A stretch of DNA of 19,935 bases from an uncultured Nitrososphaeraceae archaeon (GCA_963765895.1 CAVXZB010000083.1:1-19935), one strand, 5' to 3'; counted from the first letter of the stretch, positions 1-9,784 are shown. Numbers and translations: made by a program. The notes: generated by a model not told the origin, from the sequence alone.

Positions 1-493
1 TAAAAACCTTGTATAAATCAAGTTTGCAACAATGAGTATTTTTAGCCTTACAAAACCAGTAAAGTTAGATTGCATTTCACAGGTACTCTCCAATCATAAT
101 TATGATCTGTTTTCAGATTTGTTGAATCCCATCTAAGCTGCAGCTATCATAAGTAGTTTTTTTCATTTTAAACACGAATTTCATTCATCCATGTTAGAAT
201 TGCTTATGTTCTGAAAGTATTGATTACCTTTCTAAGATATGTTGTCGGTAGCTATTGAATACTAATAGATATCTCAAGCGATACTTGAGTGATTAAGTTA
301 GGAAACATTCAATTAATAGCGTAGCGTAATTCTTATATTTTATTTTATCTTGATTTTCTCAAAACATCCCTGTGGATGATTCAGTTATTTGCTAACAATT
401 CTAATTAATTTAACAGCTGCAGTTGTGATAAATCAAACATGTTCATCACAAGACTAGAATTAGTATAATCGTCGGTATAATTTTAATTGTGAT

Positions 494-745
494 ATGAATC
501 CAATCTACTATAGAAATAGGATTGACATAATTATATCAATCCTAAAAATTGCCAATGGTAACGAAGTAAAACAAGTAGAAATCTTAGTTAAAGCAAATAT
601 TACCCATACCATGTTCAAAGAATATTTGTTCCACTTATTTCAATCTGGTTTAATAGAATATATGCGATTTCAAAGAACTTATAGAACTACGACGAAGGGG
701 ATACTTTTTCTAAGCATATGTGACAAGATGAAGAATTTAATTTGA
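494..745 (+). CDS. Small winged helix-turn-helix regulator (archaeal HTH_45/ArnR1-like)
   Basis: 83 aa ORF with N-terminal YRNRIDIIISIL, helix region 'ILVKANITHTMFKEYLFHLFQSGLIEY' and wing 'TYRTTTKG'. This is the typical pattern of archaeal stand-alone wHTH proteins. Confidence 0.8.
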   Translation: MNPIYYRNRIDIIISILKIANGNEVKQVEILVKANITHTMFKEYLFHLFQSGLIEYMRFQRTYRTTTKGILFLSICDKMKNLI

Positions 746-863
746 TCTCATAGTAAATTTTGCCTATGTATTATATTACGGTCAAATTGTTGGCCTATTT
801 GAATTCAGTCACATTTATGAACTTCAATAACTCTACAGCACGATATTCTGCACTTTATCGCTA

Positions 864-1034
864 CTATCCCGAACATCCACCGCAGGCACAATAACCTAAT
901 TCGTCGATTCTTGAATTGCAGAATTGGCAATACCCAAACTGATCATAACTCATTTCCCATGATTCCTTGCCAAACTTCTCCAAATGAGTATTAAGTTCAT
1001 CTGGAATTGATTGTGAAGGCTTATTCTTATCCAT
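864..1034 (-). CDS. Small Cys-rich putative zinc-binding protein (56 aa, below the ORF-track cutoff)
   Basis: Manual translation MDKNKPSQSIPDELNTHLEKFGKESWEMSYDQFGYCQFCNSRIDELGYCACGGCSG*, with CxxC...CxC. A TATA-like TTATATATAA lies at 1061-1070, about 27-36 nt upstream of the ATG. Confidence 0.65.
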   Translation of the reverse strand: MDKNKPSQSIPDELNTHLEKFGKESWEMSYDQFGYCQFCNSRIDELGYCACGGCSG

Positions 1035-1060
1035 AATGTTCAATTAAATTATGCCCTATA

Positions 1061-1070
1061 TTATATATAA
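1061..1070 (-). promoter_or_regulatory. Putative archaeal TATA box for the 864-1034 gene
   Basis: TTATATATAA at canonical distance from the ATG at 1034, consistent with a leaderless or short-leader transcript. Confidence 0.45.
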
Positions 1071-1167
1071 ATTCAAACTATGTAAACAAGATTCTGGGTT
1101 CCAATCTTGTCAAATCAAGGTACTCGATTAGCTGAGCCATGTTTTATTAAAATGACATTATATCCCA

Positions 1168-1659
1168 TTATTGCCATTCTAAATTTCTGATCATATCGAT
1201 TAGTGTCGAATGATTACATTCTACCTCGGTAGTTATATACAGGAGATGGTTTTCTCCTAATGGCATAGTTATTCGTTTAACCTTTTCGTATTCAGCCAAG
1301 ACATACTTCCCCTTGCCAATCTTTGAGGAAAGTTGGCTGCGTATCTTCCAACTCTTGACAGCTAATTCGAGTGAATTTCTGCTTTCTTCTGGAGTCAGCA
1401 AATTCTTTGTTCCTTGCCTATGACCAGAATACATTATCTCGCCATCAAGATCGCATACTGTAATTAATCTAACTTGTGGATCGTTCATTATTTTTTCATA
1501 GAGATGTTTATAATCAAGCCAAGTGTGATGACTCATCTTTTTCTGATGACCCCTTACTTTACACTCTTCAGTACAAAAGAAATTTCCGCAGCATGAACAC
1601 TCTATCGCATAGTCCTGTGATTTCTTACCACACATAACACATGTTGCGCTCATGTCCAT
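1168..1659 (-). CDS. Roadblock-like (DUF6659-type) protein with N-terminal HIT/MYND-like zinc finger
   Basis: C-terminal 'DPQVRLITVCDLDGEIMYSGHRQG...IGKGKYVLAEYEKVKRITMPL...LLYITTE' fits the thaumarchaeal roadblock-like family. The N-terminus is C-x2-C-x10-C-x2-C-x4-C-x3-C-x4-H. Confidence 0.7.
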   Translation of the reverse strand: MDMSATCVMCGKKSQDYAIECSCCGNFFCTEECKVRGHQKKMSHHTWLDYKHLYEKIMNDPQVRLITVCDLDGEIMYSGHRQGTKNLLTPEESRNSLELAVKSWKIRSQLSSKIGKGKYVLAEYEKVKRITMPLGENHLLYITTEVECNHSTLIDMIRNLEWQ

Positions 1660-2002
1660 GTAATTAATATAGGAATAAGTACCGATAAAAACTTGACAAA
1701 TTTCAACAGTTTAATCGCCATAATAGATAGTTGGTGAAGTTCACCAAGCAAAAGATTGAAGGCGTTATAAAATGAAGTGTTTGAAGGTGCCAATAAGTTT
1801 CCAACCAGGTTATAATGTTACCTTTTTTGTCCCCAATCGTAATAGTAATTGCAAGTTTTCAGTGTTTCCGACTCGGATCCAATTAGAGCTAAAATAGTCA
1901 TATTTGCAAAAATAAACGATGATATGAAATTCGTGATAACGAGGACCTAACTTGGAGTTCCTGTATTAGAGTATGACGAATTCCGAAAAAGAAAAGATTC
2001 TA

Positions 2003-2028
2003 GAGTGCAAATCCCGCCCAGCCCACTA
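2003..2028 (+). other. tRNA 3'-end remnant (T-loop, T-stem and acceptor strand; Val-like), att-like site
   Basis: GAGTG-CAAAT-CCCGC-CCAGCCC-A-CTA: T-loop end, 3' T-stem strand CCCGC, acceptor strand CCAGCCC and discriminator A. No 5' half (GGGCTGG...) was found upstream. There is no G3:U70, so it is not Ala. Confidence 0.55.
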
Positions 2029-2437
2029 CATACTACTTGGGGAAGAAGTGCTATCTTGGTTTGGATAGGATCCTGTCATGGTATAATCATATGTAGGGAG
2101 CACTTGTAGTCAAATCATGAACAATGCAAAAATGCATGCATTTACTAATCTTGTGATATTAATAATGATTTTGATAAAGCCTCCATAATGACAAAAGTAA
2201 ATAGCACGTAAGTAAGGAAGTATTACTATCAAATCACTTCAAATCTCGACGACGTACCTGCTTATAATTTGTGTGTCTATTAACGTCGTACTGGTATTGC
2301 CAGCATATTGTTTTAGTGCCCCGGATATTTGGATCTTCGACCCACCTAGGCTGTCGTCTTAAGGTAGGCTGCGCCTGCGCTTGCATTTAATCTAGATCTC
2401 ATAGCTGAAGAAATATGTATTCTGGTTCACATATGCC

Positions 2438-2499
2438 ATTTGACGCATTTGACAAGGCTATTTGACGGCGTATTTGACCTATTTGACTGCTTATTTGAC
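2438..2499. repeat. Array of six ATTTGAC direct repeats (iteron/operator-like)
   Basis: ATTTGAC starts at 2438, 2447, 2460, 2472, 2481 and 2493 (spacing 9, 13, 12, 9, 12), just upstream of TTTTATATA (2518-2526) and the ATG at 2563. Confidence 0.85.
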
Positions 2500-2562
2500 A
2501 CGTCTAAATAAAAGACATTTTATATATTGTAAGTGTATTTTCTTATGTAACGGATATTAATT

Positions 2563-3873
2563 ATGCCAGCAGCTATTTCTGAAACAATAAAACCGAAAGT
2601 AATAAGTCAATGGCTTCTAGGCCTTCGCAGAGACATTATAGCACAGGACAACAACATTAGTGCAGGAGCAGTTAGCAACATTATTAATAATTGGAGTATT
2701 GCTCTTGGAAAACCTGAAGCTGATGCACTCCGGGAGTTAGCAAAAGTATTGAATTCTGCTGGTCTTACTCCGGCTCAATGTGCCATTGGCTTTCGAACTA
2801 TGACATTGCTATGCGAGCAGAACAGAACATAGATGCAGATGCGGCTGCACAATTGATAGGAGATATATACAAAAAATGTAAAGAATTTGAAATTACATCA
2901 AGTAAATTTGCTATATCTATAAAAGAACTTATCAAAGTTTCAAATGATCATCACATTCAATTACATAAAATTGAAGAGTACATAGACGAAAAGATAACCA
3001 AAAAGAAAGAATTGGAGAATGAACTTGAAGATTTAAAGAGTGAGATTTCAACTCTCAAGAATCAAAAGTCAGAAATCGAAAATGCCCGAGACTTGGCCTT
3101 GCAGCAAAAGAAAATGGCAGATTTAGAAATCAAGTCATATACTGATGCAAAGCAAGTATTGGATAGACAGAATATATCTATCAACGAAGATCTTCCCAAA
3201 CTTGCCAACGCGATTAATCGCATTGAAGAATATGAATACCATCCCAAGAGGCTAATTGCAGAACTTGATATCCAGCATGCAGATGGCAAAAAACGAGCGC
3301 TAGAGATAGCTACAGAAGAACTGGAAGAGCGTACTGCGAACCTGCGTCAGCAAGAATCTTTGTTGCAAGATAAAATCTACATACACTCGGAAAATCTACC
3401 TGTGTACAACCAACTTGCAGATATGGGATTCGGTTCAAGCCAGCTGAAAACGTTGCTTGATAAGGTCATAGATATTACAATCTCAAATGGCATAAACTAT
3501 TGCTTGGCAGTAAATAAATTCATGAATGACGTAGAGACTCAGTATAATACTAAACTAGGGTTTGAACTCCAGATAGAAGAACTTAAATCAGAAATTCAGG
3601 AGCTCGGAAAGGAACGAGAAAAGGAATTGCAGAGAGTAGAAGTCCAGCCCTAATGTAGGACCAGTCATCACTGGACTATTACAACGAGGTTTAACTGAAT
3701 ATGATATCTTAAAGGTTGCAGATAGATGCCATAATGAAATATCAAATCGAACTTCCTATGTAGAAGTTCTGAGAAAGGGGATTATAAATTTTCTACAGAG
3801 TATCATGATGATTTGCGTGGAGAATGCGAGTCTGTATGCGCGTAGTAAAAAACAACTAGGAATGATAAATTAA
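2563..3873 (+). pseudogene. Frameshifted N-terminal HTH plus long coiled-coil protein
   Basis: ORFs 2563-2832 and 2778-3653 join if one copy of the 5 bp duplication CAGAA-CAGAA (2818-2827) is removed (..LCEQNIDADAAA..). Removing one C at ~3650 continues the frame as QPNVGPVITGLLQRGLTEYDIL... to TAA at 3871-3873. HTH-like 'RDIIAQDNNISAGAVSNII'; heptad-rich middle region. Confidence 0.75.
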
Positions 3874-3989
3874 CTGAGACTCTGCAATACGCAGCATCAT
3901 TGTGAGAATTGAATGGATGGACTGAATAAATAAAATTGTAGGTATTGTTACTAATAGTATCAAAAATAAATCCGTGGGTAATCGAATCA

Positions 3990-4004
3990 TGGGTTCAAAT
4001 CCCA
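3990..4004 (+). other. Isolated tRNA T-arm-like hairpin, att-like remnant
   Basis: TGGG-TTCAAAT-CCCA has a canonical T-loop and a 4 bp stem. It shares 11/13 nt with 2003-2015. Confidence 0.4.
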
Positions 4005-5006
4005 AAAATAAAACAACAAGAAAGTCAGTTATGATACAATATCCTTTATCAACTTTGCAACAAAGATGTAGCAAAGTCGAACACATGGAATGACTGCAGG
4101 GTAAATTTTGAAATGAGAAACTGCCTCCCATATTCTATTGAAAGATTTTAGATAATATTAGGATGATTTAGTTCAGATAGTATCTGAGTTTCTCTTTCGA
4201 AGCGTTGTTTACTTATTAGATTTATGTTGAGCTGCTTTAGTGCATAGCTCTTGTTAGTCTGCTCTTTATCCACTATTTCATATATATGCTTCCAAACGCA
4301 CTAGAACTAATTTTTCGTTTAATTGTGTATTTCAATTGAATTTGACTAGTCTACCATCATTTAATGGATAACATTGCTAATATGGTATGTAGATTATGAT
4401 ACGATAGACATTTTATAAGAAGCCATTTCGTCTACTGGTTTAGCTACAGATTACTTAGTAATCATCATATAAAGACATTATGTATACAAATCATCAATAT
4501 ACTTTCTGAAAATGTAAGTTTTATTTACTAAGGCGCGCAGAGCTCACATAGATAATGTTAAAGATAGAACAGAATTATTGCAGTGGTTTTGAGCTTAAAC
4601 TAGAGATATTGGCTACCTGGTTTATACACATCTAGGAAAAATATTCGTTGAAAATCCTTCCAAAAATTACATGATAATAAGACGCTGAAAAGGGAAATCT
4701 CTTGAACTTGTAAGATCCTTATTGGGGCTCTATCCGTGCAAATACAAATACTCCAAGATAAAAGTAAATATTGTCAATTATATAATTAAAGATAAAATTA
4801 GTTTTTAATTTGCAAATTTCAGCAGTATACAGCAGACAGTCTTTAATTCTTGAGGCTTATAGGCCAAAGTTTTTCTTAGATCTCCTTTTAATTTTAGTCT
4901 GACTCTTTATTGATTACCGAAGGTACCATATGCCAACTGTCTCGTGGCAGATGTAATTCCCATGCTTGGTGGTAACTACTTAAATCAGATATGATGAATA
5001 TAGATT

Positions 5007-5723
5007 ATGAGGATGACAAACGAACAAAATAATTATATATATAACATAGAAAACCAGCGTTTTAATATAGATAAATTTGTAATATACTTGAATAATCTAT
5101 TAGCAACAGAAAATGTAGCAGAAAAAAGGCTACAATCACGAATACAAAGTACACTTTTAGCTGAAGTCAGACAAATACTAGAATATCATTTAGAAGAAAC
5201 AAGGAAACAACAAGATAGACTTAGGTATTTAATAACAAAGTTTGGGGGAACACCAACCAATGAAAAAGCACAGCTGCTTGGTTTGACTGCTCCATCCCTT
5301 ATTCAAAAAGAGTTACAAAAGGTAATGACTGTTGCAGAAGTCGAGTTAAAGGAAATAGAGCAAGATGCAATATTAGAAAATGCTGAAATAATTGCTTATA
5401 ATTTGTTACTACAGACTACAATAAAAATGAGTATTGATGATAACGTTAAGGAAGCAATACCAATCCTTAGACAAAATCTTGAGGAGGAAGAAAAAATGAA
5501 TAGGTGGCTTCAGGCTAAATTGCCTATATTATTTGCCAAATTGTGGCCAGAAATAGTATCACCTTCGTCAATGACAGCAGAACAAGCCGAAATAATTGAC
5601 AATATTAAACAGACATTTACATGCGAAATTTGTGATGATGCTTTTTTTGATTCTCCTAAGGACTTGAAGCAGCATATTATCACAATTCATAACCAAGATA
5701 CAGTTAATCAAACGGCCAGGTAA
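5007..5723 (+). CDS. DUF892/YciE-YciF ferritin-like protein with C-terminal C2H2 zinc finger
   Basis: Di-iron-type motifs 'LATEN', 'HLEETRKQQDRL', 'ENAEIIAY' and 'NLEEEEKM'; C-terminal CEIC-x13-H-x4-H. The start may be the ATG at 5013. Confidence 0.8.
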   Translation: MRMTNEQNNYIYNIENQRFNIDKFVIYLNNLLATENVAEKRLQSRIQSTLLAEVRQILEYHLEETRKQQDRLRYLITKFGGTPTNEKAQLLGLTAPSLIQKELQKVMTVAEVELKEIEQDAILENAEIIAYNLLLQTTIKMSIDDNVKEAIPILRQNLEEEEKMNRWLQAKLPILFAKLWPEIVSPSSMTAEQAEIIDNIKQTFTCEICDDAFFDSPKDLKQHIITIHNQDTVNQTAR

Positions 5724-6280
5724 CAGGTATTATAACATTGGAGCTAATTTTATAGGTGTTGATTCTAAACCCTAATGAAGATCTATTAGAAAATTTGTCT
5801 ATCGTAGTTGGAGATGAGCCTGAATATTTTCAGTTCTAGAATTAATCACAATATACATGAATGTATGAACGATTTGTGATTTTCGCTCCTTATACCAATT
5901 GCTCACTTTTGGGGGTAAGATAATGTACCTATGAAAGCAAGATATATACTATGAATATAAGCCTGAATCATAGAAAATATAATGCGATGTGATGTTTAGC
6001 ATTTCGTTAGGGAATTTTAATTACTTACTATGCTAATTTCATTCGAACAACCGAACTTGCTTGATATTAACTGTCCCTGACATATCTTCTATATGTATCC
6101 AAATGGTGGTAACTGGAACACAAACTGGCCTTCAATATTCGGTCATCTTTTCAATTGTGCTGTCACTGATTTGACAAAATTTTTTGTATGTAGACATTGC
6201 AAATCGTAGTTCTAGTAATTTGAAGGGGATCAAGCTGGTGATAATAAGAAGTAGTAAAAGATGGCATAGAGCAGTAAATC

Positions 6281-6700
6281 TCAGTGATGAATTTCCTTTC
6301 TCTCACGATAGATTATAAGCAGTTCTAACAAGAAACCTGCGGCCGCTGAGCTTCCAACAATCAGGGCTGTTATTAAAACTGCCCAGATGTCATGTGTAAC
6401 AAAGATTTCATGATAGAATTCTTCATTAAAATTATGAGCGAGAAGAGTAATAAAGACAATGCCTGCCACGACTAAACTGCTTAAAATTGTGTTTTGGGTA
6501 AAAAGTTTCATTTTTTCTTTTCTCGAGCTCACTTGACCAAAAAATATTAGCTGTTTTTCGATTATTGTCAAATCTTGATCATCAAAAATAATACCTGAGA
6601 TATCTAATGTGGTCTCTTCTTGATTGTCTGGAGCTGTATCGCTAATGTCTATAACATAAATAAGTTTGTTTGGTGAAAGAAATTCTTTAATCGTGTTCAT
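6281..6700 (-). CDS. Hypothetical membrane protein (two predicted TM helices)
   Basis: 139 aa ORF with hydrophobic stretches 'ILSSLVVAGIVFITLLA' and 'IWAVLITALIVGSSAAAGFLLELLII'. Confidence 0.6.
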   Translation of the reverse strand: MNTIKEFLSPNKLIYVIDISDTAPDNQEETTLDISGIIFDDQDLTIIEKQLIFFGQVSSRKEKMKLFTQNTILSSLVVAGIVFITLLAHNFNEEFYHEIFVTHDIWAVLITALIVGSSAAAGFLLELLIIYRERKEIHH

Positions 6701-6797
6701 AGTTCCTCTGGTACATGTTATGTTTATTTCTACTGGAATAGATAACGTACATTGTCTTTTAATATTAGTCTCATGCTCATCTTACTATCCAAAAGAA

Positions 6798-7999
6798 ATG
6801 TCGACTGAACTTGAATATATCGATCAATCAGAAGCTTACAAGAATTTTATCAACAGTATTGATTCAGATGCAACCAAGAAAAATTATCATTATTTCTTCT
6901 CTTATTTTATGCACTTTTGTAAAATTGATAACTATGATAATATGTTAAAAATTGAATTGTCTTGATTGGAGGGTTTAATAAGAGATTATATCATATATTT
7001 AAAGACCGATAAGAAACTAGCACCCGGTAGTACATCTACTTATCTTTCACCAATTTCACACTTTTACGAAATGAATGATATCGATCTGAGATGGAAGAAA
7101 TTAAAAAAGTTCAAGGCTAAATTTAGGAGTGTTGTAGAAGATAAACCCTACACACGAGAACAGATAAAAATATTGATTGATTCGACACATCTCCGAGACA
7201 AATGTATCATTCTACTAATGACTTCAGCCGGCTTACGAAGAGGTGCGTTACCATATCTAAGAATTCATGATCTTCAAAAAATTCAGAAGTATGATCTATA
7301 TAAAATTAGTGTTTACAAGAAAGAACAAGAACAATATGCAACTTTCTGTATCCTGAATGTACCAAGTATATAGATCAATACCTAGACTGGCGTCGAAGAC
7401 TAGGTGAGAAATTACTCCCGAACTCACCTTTATTCCGTGTAGTATTCGACCCGATTACACAGATTAACAAACCTAAACCAGTCTCAACTCATGTAGTAAA
7501 TGCGGCCATTAACACTTTGTTGGAGCATACTGGTACAAGATTACCAATTGGACAGCAACATCAACGTACTGAACTCATGCAAACACATGGCTTTCGTAAG
7601 TTTTTCAAAACCACCTATATCAATGCTGGTATGAATCCCTTATATAGCGAATATTTGATGGGTCATCATTCTGGTCTAACCAAGTCATATTTCAAACCCT
7701 CAGACATGGAATTACTGGAGGGTAATAATAAGGCCCTCGGATATGTAGTCTGTAATAAACGATCTTACCATAAATGAAGAGCATAGACTAACCAAGAAAG
7801 TTAATGAATTGCAGTGGAAAAATGATCAGATTATGGAGCTGGAAAAGCACATAAAAAGGAATTAGAGAGTGTTCAAAACCAAATGAGCCAGATATTTGCA
7901 ATGATACGACAGAATCCAAAATTAGCGAAAATTAAACCACAAGTGTTACTAAACAAAGAGCTAGGAGCTAGAATAGGCGTTCTTGACAAGAATAGATAA
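6798..7999 (+). pseudogene. Tyrosine recombinase/integrase, disrupted
   Basis: Starts MSTELEYIDQSEAY at 6798, with an in-frame TGA at 6963-6965. Catalytic motifs are R (SAGLRRGAL), HxxR (HGFRK), H (LMGH) and Y (SYFKP). Frameshifts at ~7350 (restores FCxPECTKYIDQYLDWRRRLGEKL), ~7750 and ~7850. The tail ...MSQIFAMIRQNPKLAKIKPQVL... ends at TAA 7997-7999. Confidence 0.9.
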
Positions 8000-8092
8000 T
8001 TATCGAATATATTCAATCTCATTTTTAATATATTCTACACCGGAAGCTAGAGGTAAAAGTATAGAGGTAAAATTGTCTGGAATGATATAGAA

Positions 8093-8266
8093 ATGCAGGC
8101 AATGAAGCAGAAATATGAACAGGATATTCAGACTATTCGTGATGAGACCAATCAGCGATTCAATCAGATTATGTCAATGATACAGTATAATCCTAAATTG
8201 GCATGGGTTAAGTCTGAGGAATTGGTAAAGAAAAATGTCAAATCATCATCTCAAAGTTTAATGTAA
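8093..8266 (+). pseudogene. C-terminal remnant of a second related integrase (or a 57 aa coiled-coil peptide derived from it)
   Basis: MQAMKQKYEQDIQTIRDETNQRFNQIMSMIQYNPKLAWVKSEELVKK... aligns with the upstream integrase tail (QMSQIFAMIRQNPKLAKIKPQVL). Confidence 0.65.
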
Positions 8267-8396
8267 AATGAAATAATGAATAGAACATCTACTGAAGACA
8301 CCAAATAACGTTCTAAATTACATTAAAAGGATATTAACAAAGCCAGGCAAAACAGGAGTAACACAGCAGCTATCACTAAAGTACATTGACTCAATC

Positions 8397-9589
8397 CTAA
8401 TTTTGATCAATTATTGGAAAATTAACAATTAGATCGAGCATTAACTCATTTAACTTGAATTTGTTTCCATACATCTCATCGAGATAGTTCATTAAGCTAC
8501 ATATTCGGTTATCATATTCCTGAATAATTTTTTTACCTTCGATTCGTGTACCAGGCTTCTTTCTTAAGTTTTTTTACCTTCGATTCGTGTACCAGGCTTC
8601 TTTCTTAAGTTTTTTCTAATTTCATGTGCTTTGGCGATAGTAAAATCAGTGCCTTTCTTCCCAAAGTAAAGTCCAAGGACCTGTCTGTCGTTATCATCAG
8701 GTTTTTCAATGTAAGTAAGTTTAGTAAGCGTCTTATGAACAGTTAGTTCTTGAATATACATTATGATAGTTATAAAACGTATTAGCGAATCATCCGAAAG
8801 GTAGTACCGTGTTTCTGCAAAAATAGAAGGAATAATCCTAATTAATCTTGCCTTATGAAATAGTTGAATGGCTTCCTCTATTTCTGTATCGGTAAAATTT
8901 CTGTAATATACATAGGGGATAAATGGTAGATAATGTGAAAATGGGCGTGGCTCTTTTCTTCTTCCTAGTTTTTTTATGTACATTATAAATTCCATTACAG
9001 TGAATCCAGGTATGTATAGATAATATACAATATTATTCCTTGCTAGGGGACTATTCTCGTTATCTCTATACTCCACTATGCCAATATTTCTAATAGGATG
9101 CAAAAGAGATTTAACTTCTGTATATTTTATGTTGTCTATTGGAGTGGACACCTGGTTTTGCTTTCTGTTTATTTGTTGAAAATCTTCAAATCTAAGTCAG
9201 AATTCAAGTAGTTTTTTATTCAGTTGCCTTCGCTTAAGCAATTCGCCTCTCTTAAAAAGCTGTGAAAATAAATTAATAGTTGATATATACTTCTCTTCGT
9301 TTCGTAATCCTTATCGACTTTGAGTATTCGTAATTGATGCTGAATTCTTGCATTGTCACTTAGAGAAGAGTGTACTTCTGAGCCTCTTTTGCCAGTCTTA
9401 TCGACCTTGTTTACTATGTTTTCATTGACCATCGCTTGCAAACAGTTTACAAAATCTCTGTGAGACAAGGTGAAATCAATATTGGATAAAATATTCTGGT
9501 ATAGTGCCAAGTAAGTAAGATCAGTTTCTGACTGCAGTAAAGATCTCTGCTATCGTATTGAAAATGTCTGTTCTATATTTAAATTGCAA
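8397..9589 (-). pseudogene. Large hypothetical protein with N-terminal winged-helix-like domain, disrupted
   Basis: Reconstructed from TTG 9589 (MQFKYRTDIFNTIAEI), a frameshift at ~9540, ORF 9220-9510, a frameshift at ~9255 (KRGELLKRRQLNKKLLEF), an in-frame TGA at 9197-9199 and ORF 8564-9151. Removing the 41 bp duplication continues the frame GKKIIQEYDNRI... to TAG at 8397-8399. Confidence 0.65.
8528..8609. repeat. Perfect 41 bp tandem duplication
   Basis: TTTTTTTACCTTCGATTCGTGTACCAGGCTTCTTTCTTAAG occurs at 8528-8568 and 8569-8609, bounded by T-runs. It truncates the minus-strand gene. Confidence 0.95.
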
Positions 9590-9636
9590 TGGAAGGACTA
9601 CCGTGCAACAATATTTATTGGTATTACAAGATTACA

Positions 9637-9774
9637 ATGTTGAAAAAAGTAATTCCTACCGGTCTATCATTACCTATTGAACTGATGCGACAAATTGATT
9701 CAGAACGTGGAGATATTCCGCGTAGCAGATATGTATTAAGAATACTTCAAAGGGAGCACCTATCTAGCAAATAA
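9637..9774 (+). CDS. Ribbon-helix-helix (CopG-like) DNA-binding protein
   Basis: 45 aa MLKKVIPTGLSLPIELMRQIDSERGDIPRSRYVLRILQ..., matching the RHH pattern: beta strand 'TGLSLP', helix 'ELMRQID', turn, 'RSRYVLRIL'. Confidence 0.8.
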   Translation: MLKKVIPTGLSLPIELMRQIDSERGDIPRSRYVLRILQREHLSSK

Positions 9775-9784
9775 GAGATAAAGG

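Noticed and set aside
2003-2028. Intact tRNA gene
   Set aside because: No 5' acceptor strand, D-arm or anticodon arm upstream; only the 3' fragment is present.
2438-2499. CRISPR interpretation of the repeat array
   Set aside because: Repeats are 7 bp with 2-6 bp gaps, far too short, and no cas genes are present.
3062-3289. Minus-strand ORF (75 aa)
   Set aside because: Antisense shadow of the coiled-coil gene.
3856-4131. Minus-strand ORF (91 aa)
   Set aside because: No recognisable motif; it overlaps the reconstructed gene end and the T-arm remnant, and is probably spurious.
6715-6723. ATGTTATGT upstream of the integrase matching the spacer region of the 12163 repeat (possible att partner)
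   Set aside because: Only 9 AT-rich bases, expected by chance in 20 kb, and the flanking arms do not match. The position is suggestive but unsupported.
6666-6797. N-terminal extension of ORF 6666-6965
   Set aside because: Overlaps the divergent membrane-protein gene; integrase-like sequence begins at ATG 6798.
6963-6965. In-frame TGA in the integrase (also 9197-9199) as selenocysteine or recoding
   Set aside because: TGA terminates intact genes here (for example at 745), and both genes carry additional frameshifts, so nonsense mutation is simpler.
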